Assembly (NCBI GenBank): GCA_947574055.1
Contig: CANPIC010000007.1
Coordinates: forward strand, 2,567 to 66,566
Origin: an uncultured bacterium
GTDB lineage: Bacteria; Bacillota; Clostridia; Lachnospirales; Lachnospiraceae
DNA length: 64,000 bases
Direction: 5' to 3'
Below the pieces are notes generated by a model that saw only the letters and a list, made by a program, of their open reading frames with translations, was not told the origin of the DNA and did not search any database. The position numbers and the translations under genes were made by a program. Below, one piece after another: positions 39,015 to 48,688 of this stretch. The first letter of the stretch is position 1; each line of letters starts with the position of its first letter.

Positions 39015-40538
39015 ATGGATAGTAATATCGCTTTGACAATGCGGGGGATCTGTATGACCTTCCCGGGTGTGAAAGCTCTTGACAATGTGGATTTCACATT
39101 GCGTAAGGGAGAGATCCGGGCGCTGATGGGAGAGAATGGCGCGGGGAAATCCACACTGATCAAATGCCTGACAGGGGTCAATCAATTCGAAGCAGGAGAG
39201 ATCCATGTGGATGGCATTGAAGGTCCCATTGTTAATAAGGATACCATGGATGCCCAAAATAAAGGGATTTCCACTGTGTATCAGGAAGTAAACCTGTGTC
39301 CCAACCTGTCGGTCGCAGAGAATCTGTATATCGGACGGGAGCCTCTGACGAAGATTAAAACAGTTGACAGACGGAAGATGAACCAGATGGCAGCACAGCT
39401 TATGAAAGAACTGAATCTGGATATAGAGGTCACACAGAACCTGGAAAATTATTCACTGGCATTGCAGCAGATGATTGCCATTGCCCGTGCTGTGGATATG
39501 AAGAGCAAGGTGCTTATCCTGGATGAGCCGACTTCCTCTCTGGATGACAAAGAGGTTGAGATGTTGTTTAAGATGATGCGCTCACTCCGGGCGCAGGGGG
39601 TGGGCATCGTATTTGTGACCCATTTCCTGGAGCAGGTATATGAGGTATGCGACGGTATCACGGTGCTGCGCAACGGGACACTGGTAGGCGAATATACGGT
39701 AGAGGAACTGCCCAGAGTCAAACTGGTGGCGGCCATGATGGGCAAGGATTTTGACGATCTGGCATCCATCAAACCGGAGGGAAGCATGAATGTGGAAGAT
39801 GCGCCGCTTGAGATCGAAGCAAAAGGCCTGAGCCATGCCGGGAAGATCAAACCGTTTGATCTGGATATTCATAAGGGAGAAGTCGTGGGCCTGACAGGTC
39901 TTCTTGGCAGCGGCAGAAGCGAACTGGCCAGAACCATATATGGCGCGGATCGTGCGCAGACCGGGACTTTGAAAGTGGACGGAAAAGAAGTGAAGATCAA
40001 AAATCCCATTGATGCCATGAACCTTGGTATGGGGCTTTTGCCGGATGACAGAAAGGCGGAAGGGATCATCGGTGATCTGTCTGTACGGGAAAATATCATT
40101 CTGGCCATGCAGGCAAAGGCCGGGATTTTTAAACGGATTCCTATGGCAAAGCAGATCGAGATCGCAGATCAGTACATAGAGATGCTCAGCATTAAGACGG
40201 CCACCAGAGAGACGTTGATCAAACAGCTTTCCGGCGGCAATCAGCAAAAAGCAATTCTGGCCAGATGGCTGGCAACAGACCCCAGTTTTCTGATACTGGA
40301 TGAACCGACCAGAGGGATTGACATCGGGACTAAGACAGAGATCCAGAAACTGGTGATTAAACTGGCGCAGGAAGGCAAGAGTCTGATCTTTATTTCTTCC
40401 GAGATCGAAGAGATGCTGCGTACCTGTAACCGGATGGCAGTATTGCGGGATGGCTCCAAAGTGGGCGAGATATCCGCGGATGAGATGAGCCAGGAAGGCG
40501 TCATGAAAGCTATCGCAGGAGGTGGAGCAAGTGAGTAA
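39015..40538 (+). CDS. Sugar ABC ATPase (YtfR-like, CUT2)
   Basis: [39 protein letters not shown]. Confidence 0.93.
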   Translation: MDSNIALTMRGICMTFPGVKALDNVDFTLRKGEIRALMGENGAGKSTLIKCLTGVNQFEAGEIHVDGIEGPIVNKDTMDAQNKGISTVYQEVNLCPNLSVAENLYIGREPLTKIKTVDRRKMNQMAAQLMKELNLDIEVTQNLENYSLALQQMIAIARAVDMKSKVLILDEPTSSLDDKEVEMLFKMMRSLRAQGVGIVFVTHFLEQVYEVCDGITVLRNGTLVGEYTVEELPRVKLVAAMMGKDFDDLASIKPEGSMNVEDAPLEIEAKGLSHAGKIKPFDLDIHKGEVVGLTGLLGSGRSELARTIYGADRAQTGTLKVDGKEVKIKNPIDAMNLGMGLLPDDRKAEGIIGDLSVRENIILAMQAKAGIFKRIPMAKQIEIADQYIEMLSIKTATRETLIKQLSGGNQQKAILARWLATDPSFLILDEPTRGIDIGTKTEIQKLVIKLAQEGKSLIFISSEIEEMLRTCNRMAVLRDGSKVGEISADEMSQEGVMKAIAGGGASE

Positions 40539-41595
40539 ATTAAAAAGTCTGACAAAGAAACAGTTATTCCTGCCGATTTTCAGTATGATTCTTGTTATGC
40601 TGATCAATGTGATCTATGACATGGCATGTGGCAACGCCCCCCTTTCCTTCTTCCAGATCGGGATTAAAAACGGATTTTTATACGGGCGTCTGATTGATGT
40701 GTTGAATCGGGGCAGTGAAGTTGCCATACTGGCAATCGGCATGACACTGGTGGTATCCTCTTCGGCGGGGACTGATATTTCCGTTGGTTCTGTGATGAGT
40801 CTGTCCGGCGGATTCTGTTGTATGCTGTTGGCTGGTTATGGGGTGGCCCGTGCCAACTCCTATGCGTTGCCCCTCTGGGTAGGGCTTCTTGGCGGTATCT
40901 TGATTGCCTGCGTATGCGGTCTGTTTAACGGTTTTCTTGTGGCATATCTCAATATACAGCCCATGGTTGCTACATTGATTCTATGGTCGGCAGGGCGTGC
41001 CATTGGACTGTTGCTTTGCAACAGCCAGATTGTTTATGTGCGTGTGCCCTCCTTTCAGATATTGGGCGCGTATGTGGGATTTCTGCCCACGCCCATATTG
41101 ATTGCGGCATTTTGTATCGTTATCGCAGCTCTGATTCTGCGTTTCACGGCGCTGGGAACCTTTATTCAGAGTGTCGGTATCAATAAAAAGGCAGCAAGGA
41201 TTTCCGGCTTTAATTCTGCCAGAATTATTCTGATTACCTATATGATCTGTGGCCTGTGCGCAGGAATTGCGGGGCTGACGGCCACATCCCGTATCTATTC
41301 CGCAGATACAAATAATATCGGACTGAATATGGAACTGGATGCCATCTTGTCCGTTGCCCTGGGCGGTAACAGTCTGGGCGGTGGTAAGTTTAATCTGTCG
41401 GGGTCCATCATCGGTGCTTATACCATTCAGGCGATTACGACTACTATGTATGCGCTGGGTATATCATCCGCACAGGCACCGGTATTCAAGGCGATGGTCG
41501 TAATTCTGATCGTTGTTTTGCAGGCAGAGCCGGTGAAAGACTACTTCAGGAAGATGACTGCTAAAAAAGCGGCAAAGGAGGCGAAGGCAGCATGA
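40531..41595 (+). CDS. Sugar ABC permease (YtfT-like)
   Basis: AIGMTLV..GTDISVG, IQPMVATL, ELDAIL.V.LGG.SL.GG. Confidence 0.9.
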   Translation: MSKLKSLTKKQLFLPIFSMILVMLINVIYDMACGNAPLSFFQIGIKNGFLYGRLIDVLNRGSEVAILAIGMTLVVSSSAGTDISVGSVMSLSGGFCCMLLAGYGVARANSYALPLWVGLLGGILIACVCGLFNGFLVAYLNIQPMVATLILWSAGRAIGLLLCNSQIVYVRVPSFQILGAYVGFLPTPILIAAFCIVIAALILRFTALGTFIQSVGINKKAARISGFNSARIILITYMICGLCAGIAGLTATSRIYSADTNNIGLNMELDAILSVALGGNSLGGGKFNLSGSIIGAYTIQAITTTMYALGISSAQAPVFKAMVVILIVVLQAEPVKDYFRKMTAKKAAKEAKAA

Positions 41596-42611
41596 AAAAG
41601 ACAAAACTGAACGGCAACAATGTATTGCTTTTGATCACAATCATACTGTTTGCTGTGATGTATCTGGGCGGCTGCCTGGTTTATTCCGGCAAAGGATTTG
41701 CTCATTTGCAGACATTTCTCAATATACTGATCAACAATGCAGGACTGATCTGTGTTGCCAGTGGGATGACCTGCGTGATGCTCACCGGCGGTATTGATAT
41801 TTCCGTAGGTTCTCTCGTGGCGGTAGACTGTATGCTGCTGGCAGTGGGAATCGAGCACTGGGGCATGAGCAGCCCGGTTTTGATGATACTGATTCTGGCA
41901 ATCGGTCTGGTGTTTGGCCTGGCGCAGGGGTATTGTGTGGCTTATCTGAAGATACAGCCCTTTATTGTGACTATGGCAGGTATGTTCTTTGCCAGAGGTA
42001 TGACGGCTGTGCTCTGTACGGATCAGGTGAGTATTGTCAGTGATCCGCTTTTTACGAAATTATCAAGTACGAAGATCAGTATTCCCTTCGGCGGTTATGT
42101 GAATAAGAAAGGGATCTATCAGGTTCCTTATATCAGGGCCTCCGTTCTGGTGGCGCTGCTGATCGTGGTGGTGATCTTTCTCATGCTTCGTTACACCCGT
42201 TTTGGCCGCAGTCTCTATGCGGTGGGTGGCAATCAGCAGTCTGCCACACTGATGGGGCTGAATGTAAAATCAGTGACCATGCGCGCCTATGTGCTGAACA
42301 GTTTCCTGACCTCCATCGGTGGGATCTGCTATTGCCTGAATACCATGTGCGGCACGACACAGCAGGCAACCGGTATGGAGATGGATGCCATATCGTCTTC
42401 CGTCATTGGCGGTACGCTCCTGACAGGCGGCGTGGGCAACGTGATCGGTTCCCTGTTCGGTGTGCTGATCAACGGTACGATTTCCAGTCTGGTAAAAACC
42501 AATGGTAAATTGATCAGTTCCTGGGCCAATATCATTACGGCCATTCTGCTGTGCTTCTTTATTGTATTGCAGGCTGTATTTGCCAAGGTGAAGGAAGCGA
42601 AGAAGGCGTGA
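41592..42611 (+). CDS. Sugar ABC permease (YjfF-like)
   Basis: GGIDISVG, QPFIVTMAGMFFARG, GGN..SA.LMGL, VIGGTLLTGG.G. Confidence 0.9.
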   Translation: MKKTKLNGNNVLLLITIILFAVMYLGGCLVYSGKGFAHLQTFLNILINNAGLICVASGMTCVMLTGGIDISVGSLVAVDCMLLAVGIEHWGMSSPVLMILILAIGLVFGLAQGYCVAYLKIQPFIVTMAGMFFARGMTAVLCTDQVSIVSDPLFTKLSSTKISIPFGGYVNKKGIYQVPYIRASVLVALLIVVVIFLMLRYTRFGRSLYAVGGNQQSATLMGLNVKSVTMRAYVLNSFLTSIGGICYCLNTMCGTTQQATGMEMDAISSSVIGGTLLTGGVGNVIGSLFGVLINGTISSLVKTNGKLISSWANIITAILLCFFIVLQAVFAKVKEAKKA

Positions 42612-42662
42612 TGAACGCAAGCTGACAGAGAGATGGATATGATAATTCAGAGAATCGGGGAT

Positions 42663-42716
42663 ACATAAAAAGCGGCAGTTGCAGGTGTGATACCGGCAAC
42701 TGCCACTTTTTTATGT
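42663..42716. terminator. Bidirectional intrinsic terminator between convergent genes
   Basis: ACATAAAAAG-CGGCAGTTGC...GCAACTGCCA-CTTTTTTATGT. Confidence 0.8.
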
Positions 42717-42734
42717 AGGAATTGGGAGCTGGAC

Positions 42735-43442
42735 TCAGTCAATCGCGACTCTGATGCCGCCGCTGCGTTCGGAGGGCTGTATCAGCACTGTGACGGGCTG
42801 ATTCCCGGACCATTCAAAGGCGTAGGATTCACCGGAATGTTGGCCGATCAGGTTTTTCCAGGACAGATCTGCCTTGATCTGAGGATCGCCGTATCCCTGT
42901 CTGCTCATCCAGCAGATCACGGCATCCGGATCGACGGAAATGGTATTGTGGTTTACGGTATTGCTCAGCACGATGGGATTGCCGTCGGCCAGAATGGCTA
43001 CATAGGAATTTTTTCCGTTGCCGGTCAGTGTGGTGGTGGCCAGTCCTTTCTGTGACATAATGCCGGCGCCGATGAAACGGACGCTGTAGTCACAGTCCTG
43101 CGTGAAAGCGAGGATATTTTCCGATTCCACGGAGACGATCTCTCCCACGTCAAGTTTATAGACCACCACATGCTGTCCGTAATTGGCATAGTAGGTGACA
43201 CTGTCGTCGGACATGGTGACTTTCATCAGAGGAAGGTTCTCCACGGTGGCACGGCGGATCAGAGAACCCAGGGCAGCCTGGGCGAGATTTGTCTGAGGGC
43301 CTAACAGTAATTTCTCGAATTTATAGTTTTTTCCACCGGCGCTTTCCCCGGCGATAAAAGCGCCGGCCTTGGTGATCAGGACGTCGGTGCCCGTGCAGGT
43401 TACTTTCAGCGTCAATTCGTTGATTGTCTCAAATGTGAGCAT
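42735..43442 (-). CDS. AIM24 family protein
   Basis: KAGAFI, E.LPLM, VESENILAF, DGNP..L, VDPDAV, SGES, QPSE; GGAGG RBS. Confidence 0.82.
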   Translation of the reverse strand: MLTFETINELTLKVTCTGTDVLITKAGAFIAGESAGGKNYKFEKLLLGPQTNLAQAALGSLIRRATVENLPLMKVTMSDDSVTYYANYGQHVVVYKLDVGEIVSVESENILAFTQDCDYSVRFIGAGIMSQKGLATTTLTGNGKNSYVAILADGNPIVLSNTVNHNTISVDPDAVICWMSRQGYGDPQIKADLSWKNLIGQHSGESYAFEWSGNQPVTVLIQPSERSGGIRVAID

Positions 43443-43462
43443 ATGATAAGTTTCCTCCTCTG

Positions 43463-44263
43463 TCAGATAAGTGCAACGCCATACAGGCCGCACAGACCGG
43501 CCAGGTCTCTGGCAACACCATTTCCGACTGCAGTACATTTCCAGTTTCCGTTGTGCAGATAAATCTCACAGATCATCATGGAAATCACATTGGGATAATA
43601 ATCTGTCATCTGGAAACTGACAAGTTCTTCTTCATTGGCATCATGCAGTATCCGGACATAAGCGTCTCTTACCATACTGAAATTCAGATTGTTTTCGGCA
43701 GCCTCATTGATGGTCAGGACAAAAACGATTTTCTCTGTCCGTGCATCCATGCCGGCCAGATCGACGGAGATATATTGTCTGTCACAATCGCCTGCCGGTG
43801 AGAAGCGTACTTTCCTGTCCGGGCTGTCCGGCTGGCCGTAAAAGACGAACCAGTCATCCCCCAGAACTTTGCCGTCTCTGCCCAGTATAAATGCGGATAC
43901 GTCAATATCGCAGAGTGAATTATCCGTATTCCAGCCAAGACAGACTCTGATCCGGCTGATATTGCCGGAAGGATCCAATACAACTTTCTGGCCCTTTCGA
44001 AGCGGATGAAAAAGCTGCGGAACTGTGTTAGCCCGTATGGCCGGCGCGGCAGATGGCTGCGGTTGTCTGTGCGGCGCCCCCGCATTTGCAGATATCCCGG
44101 GCTGCGGCGGCTGTTCCGGAGAGGGCTGTAGTGCATTGGCGGCGTGGCCCCTGTTCAGGGACAGGATGTTCTGCGCGGATTTGGTATCCTGCGTTGTCCT
44201 GTTGATATTCATAATGGAACTGTGATCATAAGCCGCCGCTGATCTTACGGGAAGTTCTGGCAT
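43463..44263 (-). CDS. TerD-family stress protein with low-complexity N-terminus
   Basis: LRKGQKV.L, LGW, DIDVSAF, FVFYGQ..SPD, EIY.HNGNWK.AVG.G. Confidence 0.88.
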   Translation of the reverse strand: MPELPVRSAAAYDHSSIMNINRTTQDTKSAQNILSLNRGHAANALQPSPEQPPQPGISANAGAPHRQPQPSAAPAIRANTVPQLFHPLRKGQKVVLDPSGNISRIRVCLGWNTDNSLCDIDVSAFILGRDGKVLGDDWFVFYGQPDSPDRKVRFSPAGDCDRQYISVDLAGMDARTEKIVFVLTINEAAENNLNFSMVRDAYVRILHDANEEELVSFQMTDYYPNVISMMICEIYLHNGNWKCTAVGNGVARDLAGLCGLYGVALI

Positions 44264-44278
44264 TTTATTTCTCCTGTA

Positions 44279-44869
44279 TTATTTCTGCATGCTTTCAAAT
44301 TGTTTCTCTGACAGACTGACTGTCAGTTCATAAAAGACTTCTTCAAATGTGTCTTCGGCTTCCAGTTTCAGGGAACCTCGTTTCAGAGGGGCTTTCCATG
44401 TTACTTTGGAAGTGTCATCCTCCTGTTTGGCACCCCATTCATCGGCGGCATATTCAAAACTCAGTTCCTGTATATTTACGCCATTGTATGTAGCCGTAAT
44501 CTTTTCCGTGGAGCCCTTGGAAAAGGATACTGATTTTACGATACCTTCCGTAAGGGACTGGGTTGTCTCACTGCTGATATCCGCGCTGCCGCCCCAGGGA
44601 ACACAGACTGTGGTCCAGAACTGATGACCGGCACCCTTGTCCAGACTATAATAGAAGCTGATATATTTATCGCCGTCTCTTGCCACGTCCTGTCTTGATT
44701 CCAGGTGCGGTTCATACCCCTCATCAATCAGGTCCTGCATGGTAGTTTGTCCCAGCACAATCGTATAGTTATCCAGCGTGACCTCCATAGGCAGATCCTG
44801 ACCGCCGCATCCGGTCAGTCCCAGCATAAGCCCCAGCGTACATAACAGTGTCAGTAATTTTGTTTTCAT
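44279..44869 (-). CDS. Hypothetical lipoprotein
   Basis: Lipobox LTGC; AAAGGA RBS; 15-bp gap to terD. Confidence 0.8.
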   Translation of the reverse strand: MKTKLLTLLCTLGLMLGLTGCGGQDLPMEVTLDNYTIVLGQTTMQDLIDEGYEPHLESRQDVARDGDKYISFYYSLDKGAGHQFWTTVCVPWGGSADISSETTQSLTEGIVKSVSFSKGSTEKITATYNGVNIQELSFEYAADEWGAKQEDDTSKVTWKAPLKRGSLKLEAEDTFEEVFYELTVSLSEKQFESMQK

Positions 44870-45063
44870 TGATCCTTTTCCTTTCTTATTATTTTACTTG
44901 TAGTTTCAGTATAACACCAGATGCTGTGGACGGAAAGGTTTTTGGAAATTTTTATTTTATGTATGTTTGGGCAAGATCACCTCGCCATTGTGGAAGTGGA
45001 CAGTTTTTGCTATACTGTGTGATAGATGCTGGCTGATATAAAAAGAATGATGGAGGTGTTAGC

Positions 45064-45432
45064 ATGTCAAAGAACTATGCAAATGCAGATGGTAAAATCC
45101 CCACAAAATATTTGCCGCCTAAATTTTCCCTGACCATCAGGGTGCTGGTGGGCGCCTATGTGATCTACCTTTCTTATGGGCTGATTGACGGTGTGGTCGG
45201 CGGTGAGGGAAGGGACAAGTATTTTCTTGGTATCTTTATGGTTGCCTTTGCGGTGATTGGCCTGTTGCTCGTATTCTTCTCGGGGCGCGATTTGCTCCGG
45301 GGTAAATATGTGGGCGGTGAAATGGATGCAGGAGACGGGGCGGCCGAAGAGGAAAAAAACGGGGAAGAGACAGAACCGGCAGAGACGGATGCGCCGCGAA
45401 TTGACAGTGATGGCAATGAGGCTGATGAGTGA
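45064..45432 (+). CDS. Small two-TM membrane protein with acidic tail
   Basis: GGAGG RBS; TGcTATACT extended -10 near 45008; two hydrophobic helices. Confidence 0.75.
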   Translation: MSKNYANADGKIPTKYLPPKFSLTIRVLVGAYVIYLSYGLIDGVVGGEGRDKYFLGIFMVAFAVIGLLLVFFSGRDLLRGKYVGGEMDAGDGAAEEEKNGEETEPAETDAPRIDSDGNEADE

Positions 45433-45528
45433 TACGGAGCGTTTTCGGCAAAGGACAGTGACAGGGGGCAGGTGCTTTGCCGACAGCGTTTCCGGCCGGG
45501 TTTACCAGTTGTCTGACGTGTCAGGGTA

Positions 45529-45562
45529 TCGCCCTAAGTTGTATGTGTACAACTTAGGGCGA
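45529..45562. promoter_or_regulatory. Perfect 15-bp-arm palindrome (operator and/or terminator)
   Basis: TCGCCCTAAGTTGTA-TGTG-TACAACTTAGGGCGA. Confidence 0.6.
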
Positions 45563-45589
45563 AATGTACGCGTTTTTTGATAAAAACTA

Positions 45590-45618
45590 TTGACAAATCC
45601 AGGATGCTACTATATGAT
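45590..45618 (+). promoter_or_regulatory. Sigma-A promoter of the chvE-gguAB-ara cluster
   Basis: TTGACA-17bp-TATGAT. Confidence 0.8.
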
Positions 45619-45783
45619 ATTAATACACGCAGGAGTTAAATTTCTGAGTCGTAATGGAAAAGATGACTGTTGTTTGACAGCAAAGAGAAACGAAAATATA
45701 CAAAGCGCACAAATGGTAAAGGCGGACTCCGGTAAAAGGATCTGAAAAACATTCAAAATGTACAAGACCATACAACTTGTATG

Positions 45784-45799
45784 GATTGTAAATACAACT
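45784..45799. promoter_or_regulatory. AraR-type operator
   Basis: GATTGTAAATACAACT fits the TTGTA-N2-TACAA core of the B. subtilis AraR box ATTTGTACGTACAAAT. Confidence 0.65.
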
Positions 45800-45832
45800 T
45801 TTTAAAAATTTATCATGTAGGGAGGAAAAGAC

Positions 45833-47002
45833 ATGAAAAAGAAACTTTTAGGCGCATTGCTCAGTGTAGCAATGGTTGCGACTCTGTTGACAGGCTGCGG
45901 CAATGGCGCACCGGCAGAAACAACCGGACCGGCTGCTGACAATGCAGAAGCACCGGCTGAAAGCGCAGAGGCACCCGCAGAAGGAGAAGCAGAGGCACCG
46001 GCACCGGCGGAAGCAAACGGCAAGAAAGTCGGCGTGGCAATGCCCACCCAGTCTTCTGAGAGATGGATCAACGATGGTGCAAACATGAAGGCACAGCTGG
46101 AAGCACTTGGCTATGAAGTAGACCTTCAGTACGCAGAAGATGATGTGCAGGCTCAGGTTTCTCAGATCGAGAACATGATCGCCAGCGGCGCTAACTGTCT
46201 GGTTATCGCTTCCATTGACTCTTCCGCACTGGTTAACGTAGAAGCGCAGGCGAAAGAAGCAGGTATCCCGATCATCGCGTATGACCGTCTGCTGATGGAT
46301 ACCGACGCAGTTTCCTATTATGCAACATTCGATAACAAGGGTGTCGGCACGGCAATCGGTAAATATATCGAAGAGAAGAAAGACCTTGCCAATACAACAG
46401 AGACATATACGATCGAGTTCTTTATGGGTTCTCCTGATGACAACAACGCTCATATGTTATATGACGGTCTGATGGAAGTACTTCAGCCGTATCTGGACAA
46501 AGGAACTCTGGTTTGCAAATCCGGCAGAACATCTTTCGATGATACATGTATCCTCAGATGGTCTCAGGAAACAGCACAGCAGAACTGCGAGAACTATCTG
46601 ACCGGTTTCTATGCTGATGAAGACCTTGATATCTGCGCAACAGCTTTTGACGGCTTCGCATATGGCTGCAAGGCAGCTCTGGAAGGTGCAGGCTATACTG
46701 CTGAGAACTGGCCTCTGGTAACAGGACAAGATGCTGAACTGATGGCAACAAAGAACATCATTTCCGGTTCTCAGACAATGTCCATCTACAAAGATACACG
46801 TCTCCTGGCTGAGAAGTGCGTGAAGATGGTGCAGGCAGTTCTGGAAGGTGAAGAGCCTGAAATCAACGACACAGAGCAGTACAACAACAACGTAATCGTA
46901 GTTCCTTCTTATCTGTGTACACCGGTAGCAGTTGACAAGGACAACTACAAAGAAATCATTGTAGACGGCGGATATTACACAGAAGAGCAGCTTGCTGAGT
47001 AA
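45833..47002 (+). CDS. chvE: Multiple monosaccharide ABC substrate-binding lipoprotein (ChvE family)
   Basis: Lipobox LTGC; GVAMPT.SSERWI.DG, IAYDRL, YYATFDN, GSPDDNNA, TGQDA, KDTR. Confidence 0.9.
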   Translation: MKKKLLGALLSVAMVATLLTGCGNGAPAETTGPAADNAEAPAESAEAPAEGEAEAPAPAEANGKKVGVAMPTQSSERWINDGANMKAQLEALGYEVDLQYAEDDVQAQVSQIENMIASGANCLVIASIDSSALVNVEAQAKEAGIPIIAYDRLLMDTDAVSYYATFDNKGVGTAIGKYIEEKKDLANTTETYTIEFFMGSPDDNNAHMLYDGLMEVLQPYLDKGTLVCKSGRTSFDDTCILRWSQETAQQNCENYLTGFYADEDLDICATAFDGFAYGCKAALEGAGYTAENWPLVTGQDAELMATKNIISGSQTMSIYKDTRLLAEKCVKMVQAVLEGEEPEINDTEQYNNNVIVVPSYLCTPVAVDKDNYKEIIVDGGYYTEEQLAE

Positions 47003-47043
47003 TCCGGGGATACGAATGGCAATTTAAAAAGTTATGATAGGGT

Positions 47044-47072
47044 GGCGGCAGGAAAAGCTGCCGCCCTTTTTG
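47044..47072 (+). terminator. Intrinsic terminator/attenuating hairpin after chvE
   Basis: GGCGGCAG-6nt-CTGCCGCC-CTTTTT. Confidence 0.7.
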
Positions 47073-47128
47073 AATCCTGTGGGATTCGTGTCATAAGATA
47101 AAAAAATCAAAGAAAAGGAGCTGAGAAA

Positions 47129-48688
47129 ATGTCGGATTACATCTTGGAGATGAATCATATTACGAAAGAATTTTCGGGCGTTAAGGCTTTGAATGATGTT
47201 AATCTGAAAGTAAAACGCGGCGAGATTCATGCGCTGTGCGGTGAAAACGGGGCCGGCAAATCGACGCTGATGAACGTACTGTCCGGTGTATACCCCCACG
47301 GTACCTATTCGGGCGACATCGTGTACAAAGGCGAAACCTGTAATTTTCACAATCTGCGCGACAGCGAAGCAAAGGGCATCGTAATTATTCATCAGGAGCT
47401 GGCGCTTAGTCCCAACCTCTCGGTGGCGGAGAATGTTTTTCTGGGAAACGAACAGACTTCCGCCAAAGGAATCATCGACTGGACAAAGACAAGAAAAAAA
47501 GCGCAGGAAATGCTTGAAAAAGTTGGTCTGGAACATGAAGATGTCAATGTTCAGGTAAGCACCCTCGGCGTTGGCAAACAGCAGTTGATCGAAATCGCCA
47601 AAGCGATGGCGAAGAAGGTTGAACTTCTGATCCTGGATGAACCCACTGCTGCTCTGAATGATGAAGAGAGCCGGAAGCTGCTCGATATCATGTTGGAACT
47701 GAAGAAACAGGGCGTGACCTGTATCATCATTTCACATAAGTTAAATGAGATTGAGTATGTCTGCGATGCGGTTACGGTTATCCGTGACGGGCAGTCCATC
47801 GAGACGATCATCAAAGGTGTGGATGAATTTACAGAAGACCGTATTATCAAAGGCATGGTAGGCCGTGAACTGACAAACCGATATCCGGCCCGTGAGGGGG
47901 TTAAACTCGGTAATACGATCTTTGAAGTGAGCAACTGGAATGTATTTCATCCCGATGACGGCAATCGCCAGATGCTGAAGAATATCAATATCAGCGTGAA
48001 AGCAGGCGAAGTAGTAGGACTTGCGGGGCTGATGGGGGCAGGCAGAACAGAATTTGCCATGAGCCTTTTCGGACGCAGTTACGGGCAGAAGATTAGCGGA
48101 AGTGTGAAGATCAACGGCAAAGAAGTGGAATTAAAGACCGTAAAGGACGCTATCGAAAACAAACTTGCCTATGTGTCGGAAGACCGCAAGACATACGGAC
48201 TGGTGCTGATTAATGATATCAAGGAAAATATGGCGATGGCAGCGCGTCCCAAATTTTTCTCCAGCCATGGCGTGATCAATGGCAACGACGAGATTGTCGC
48301 AGCGGAAGAATACAAAAAGAAGATCAACATTAAGGCCAATTCCATTGAGCAGGTTGTGGGTTCTCTTTCCGGTGGTAATCAGCAGAAAGTGGTGCTTGCA
48401 AAATGGATGCTGACACAGCCGGATGTACTGATCCTGGATGAACCTACCCGTGGTATCGACGTAGGGGCAAAATACGAGATCTATTGTGTCATCAATGACC
48501 TTGCAAAAGCCGGTAAAGCAGTGATTGTTATTTCTTCCGAAATGCCGGAAATCATTGGTACCTGCGACAGAGTCTACGTGATCAATGAGGGTGAGATCGC
48601 AGGCGAACTGACCAAAGAAGAAGTAACACAGGAAAAGATTATGCAATGTATTATGGCTCATAATAGAAAGGAAGATGGAAATGAATAA
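47129..48688 (+). CDS. gguA: Multiple monosaccharide ABC ATPase (GguA/MmsA)
   Basis: [46 protein letters not shown]. Confidence 0.9.
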   Translation: MSDYILEMNHITKEFSGVKALNDVNLKVKRGEIHALCGENGAGKSTLMNVLSGVYPHGTYSGDIVYKGETCNFHNLRDSEAKGIVIIHQELALSPNLSVAENVFLGNEQTSAKGIIDWTKTRKKAQEMLEKVGLEHEDVNVQVSTLGVGKQQLIEIAKAMAKKVELLILDEPTAALNDEESRKLLDIMLELKKQGVTCIIISHKLNEIEYVCDAVTVIRDGQSIETIIKGVDEFTEDRIIKGMVGRELTNRYPAREGVKLGNTIFEVSNWNVFHPDDGNRQMLKNINISVKAGEVVGLAGLMGAGRTEFAMSLFGRSYGQKISGSVKINGKEVELKTVKDAIENKLAYVSEDRKTYGLVLINDIKENMAMAARPKFFSSHGVINGNDEIVAAEEYKKKINIKANSIEQVVGSLSGGNQQKVVLAKWMLTQPDVLILDEPTRGIDVGAKYEIYCVINDLAKAGKAVIVISSEMPEIIGTCDRVYVINEGEIAGELTKEEVTQEKIMQCIMAHNRKEDGNE

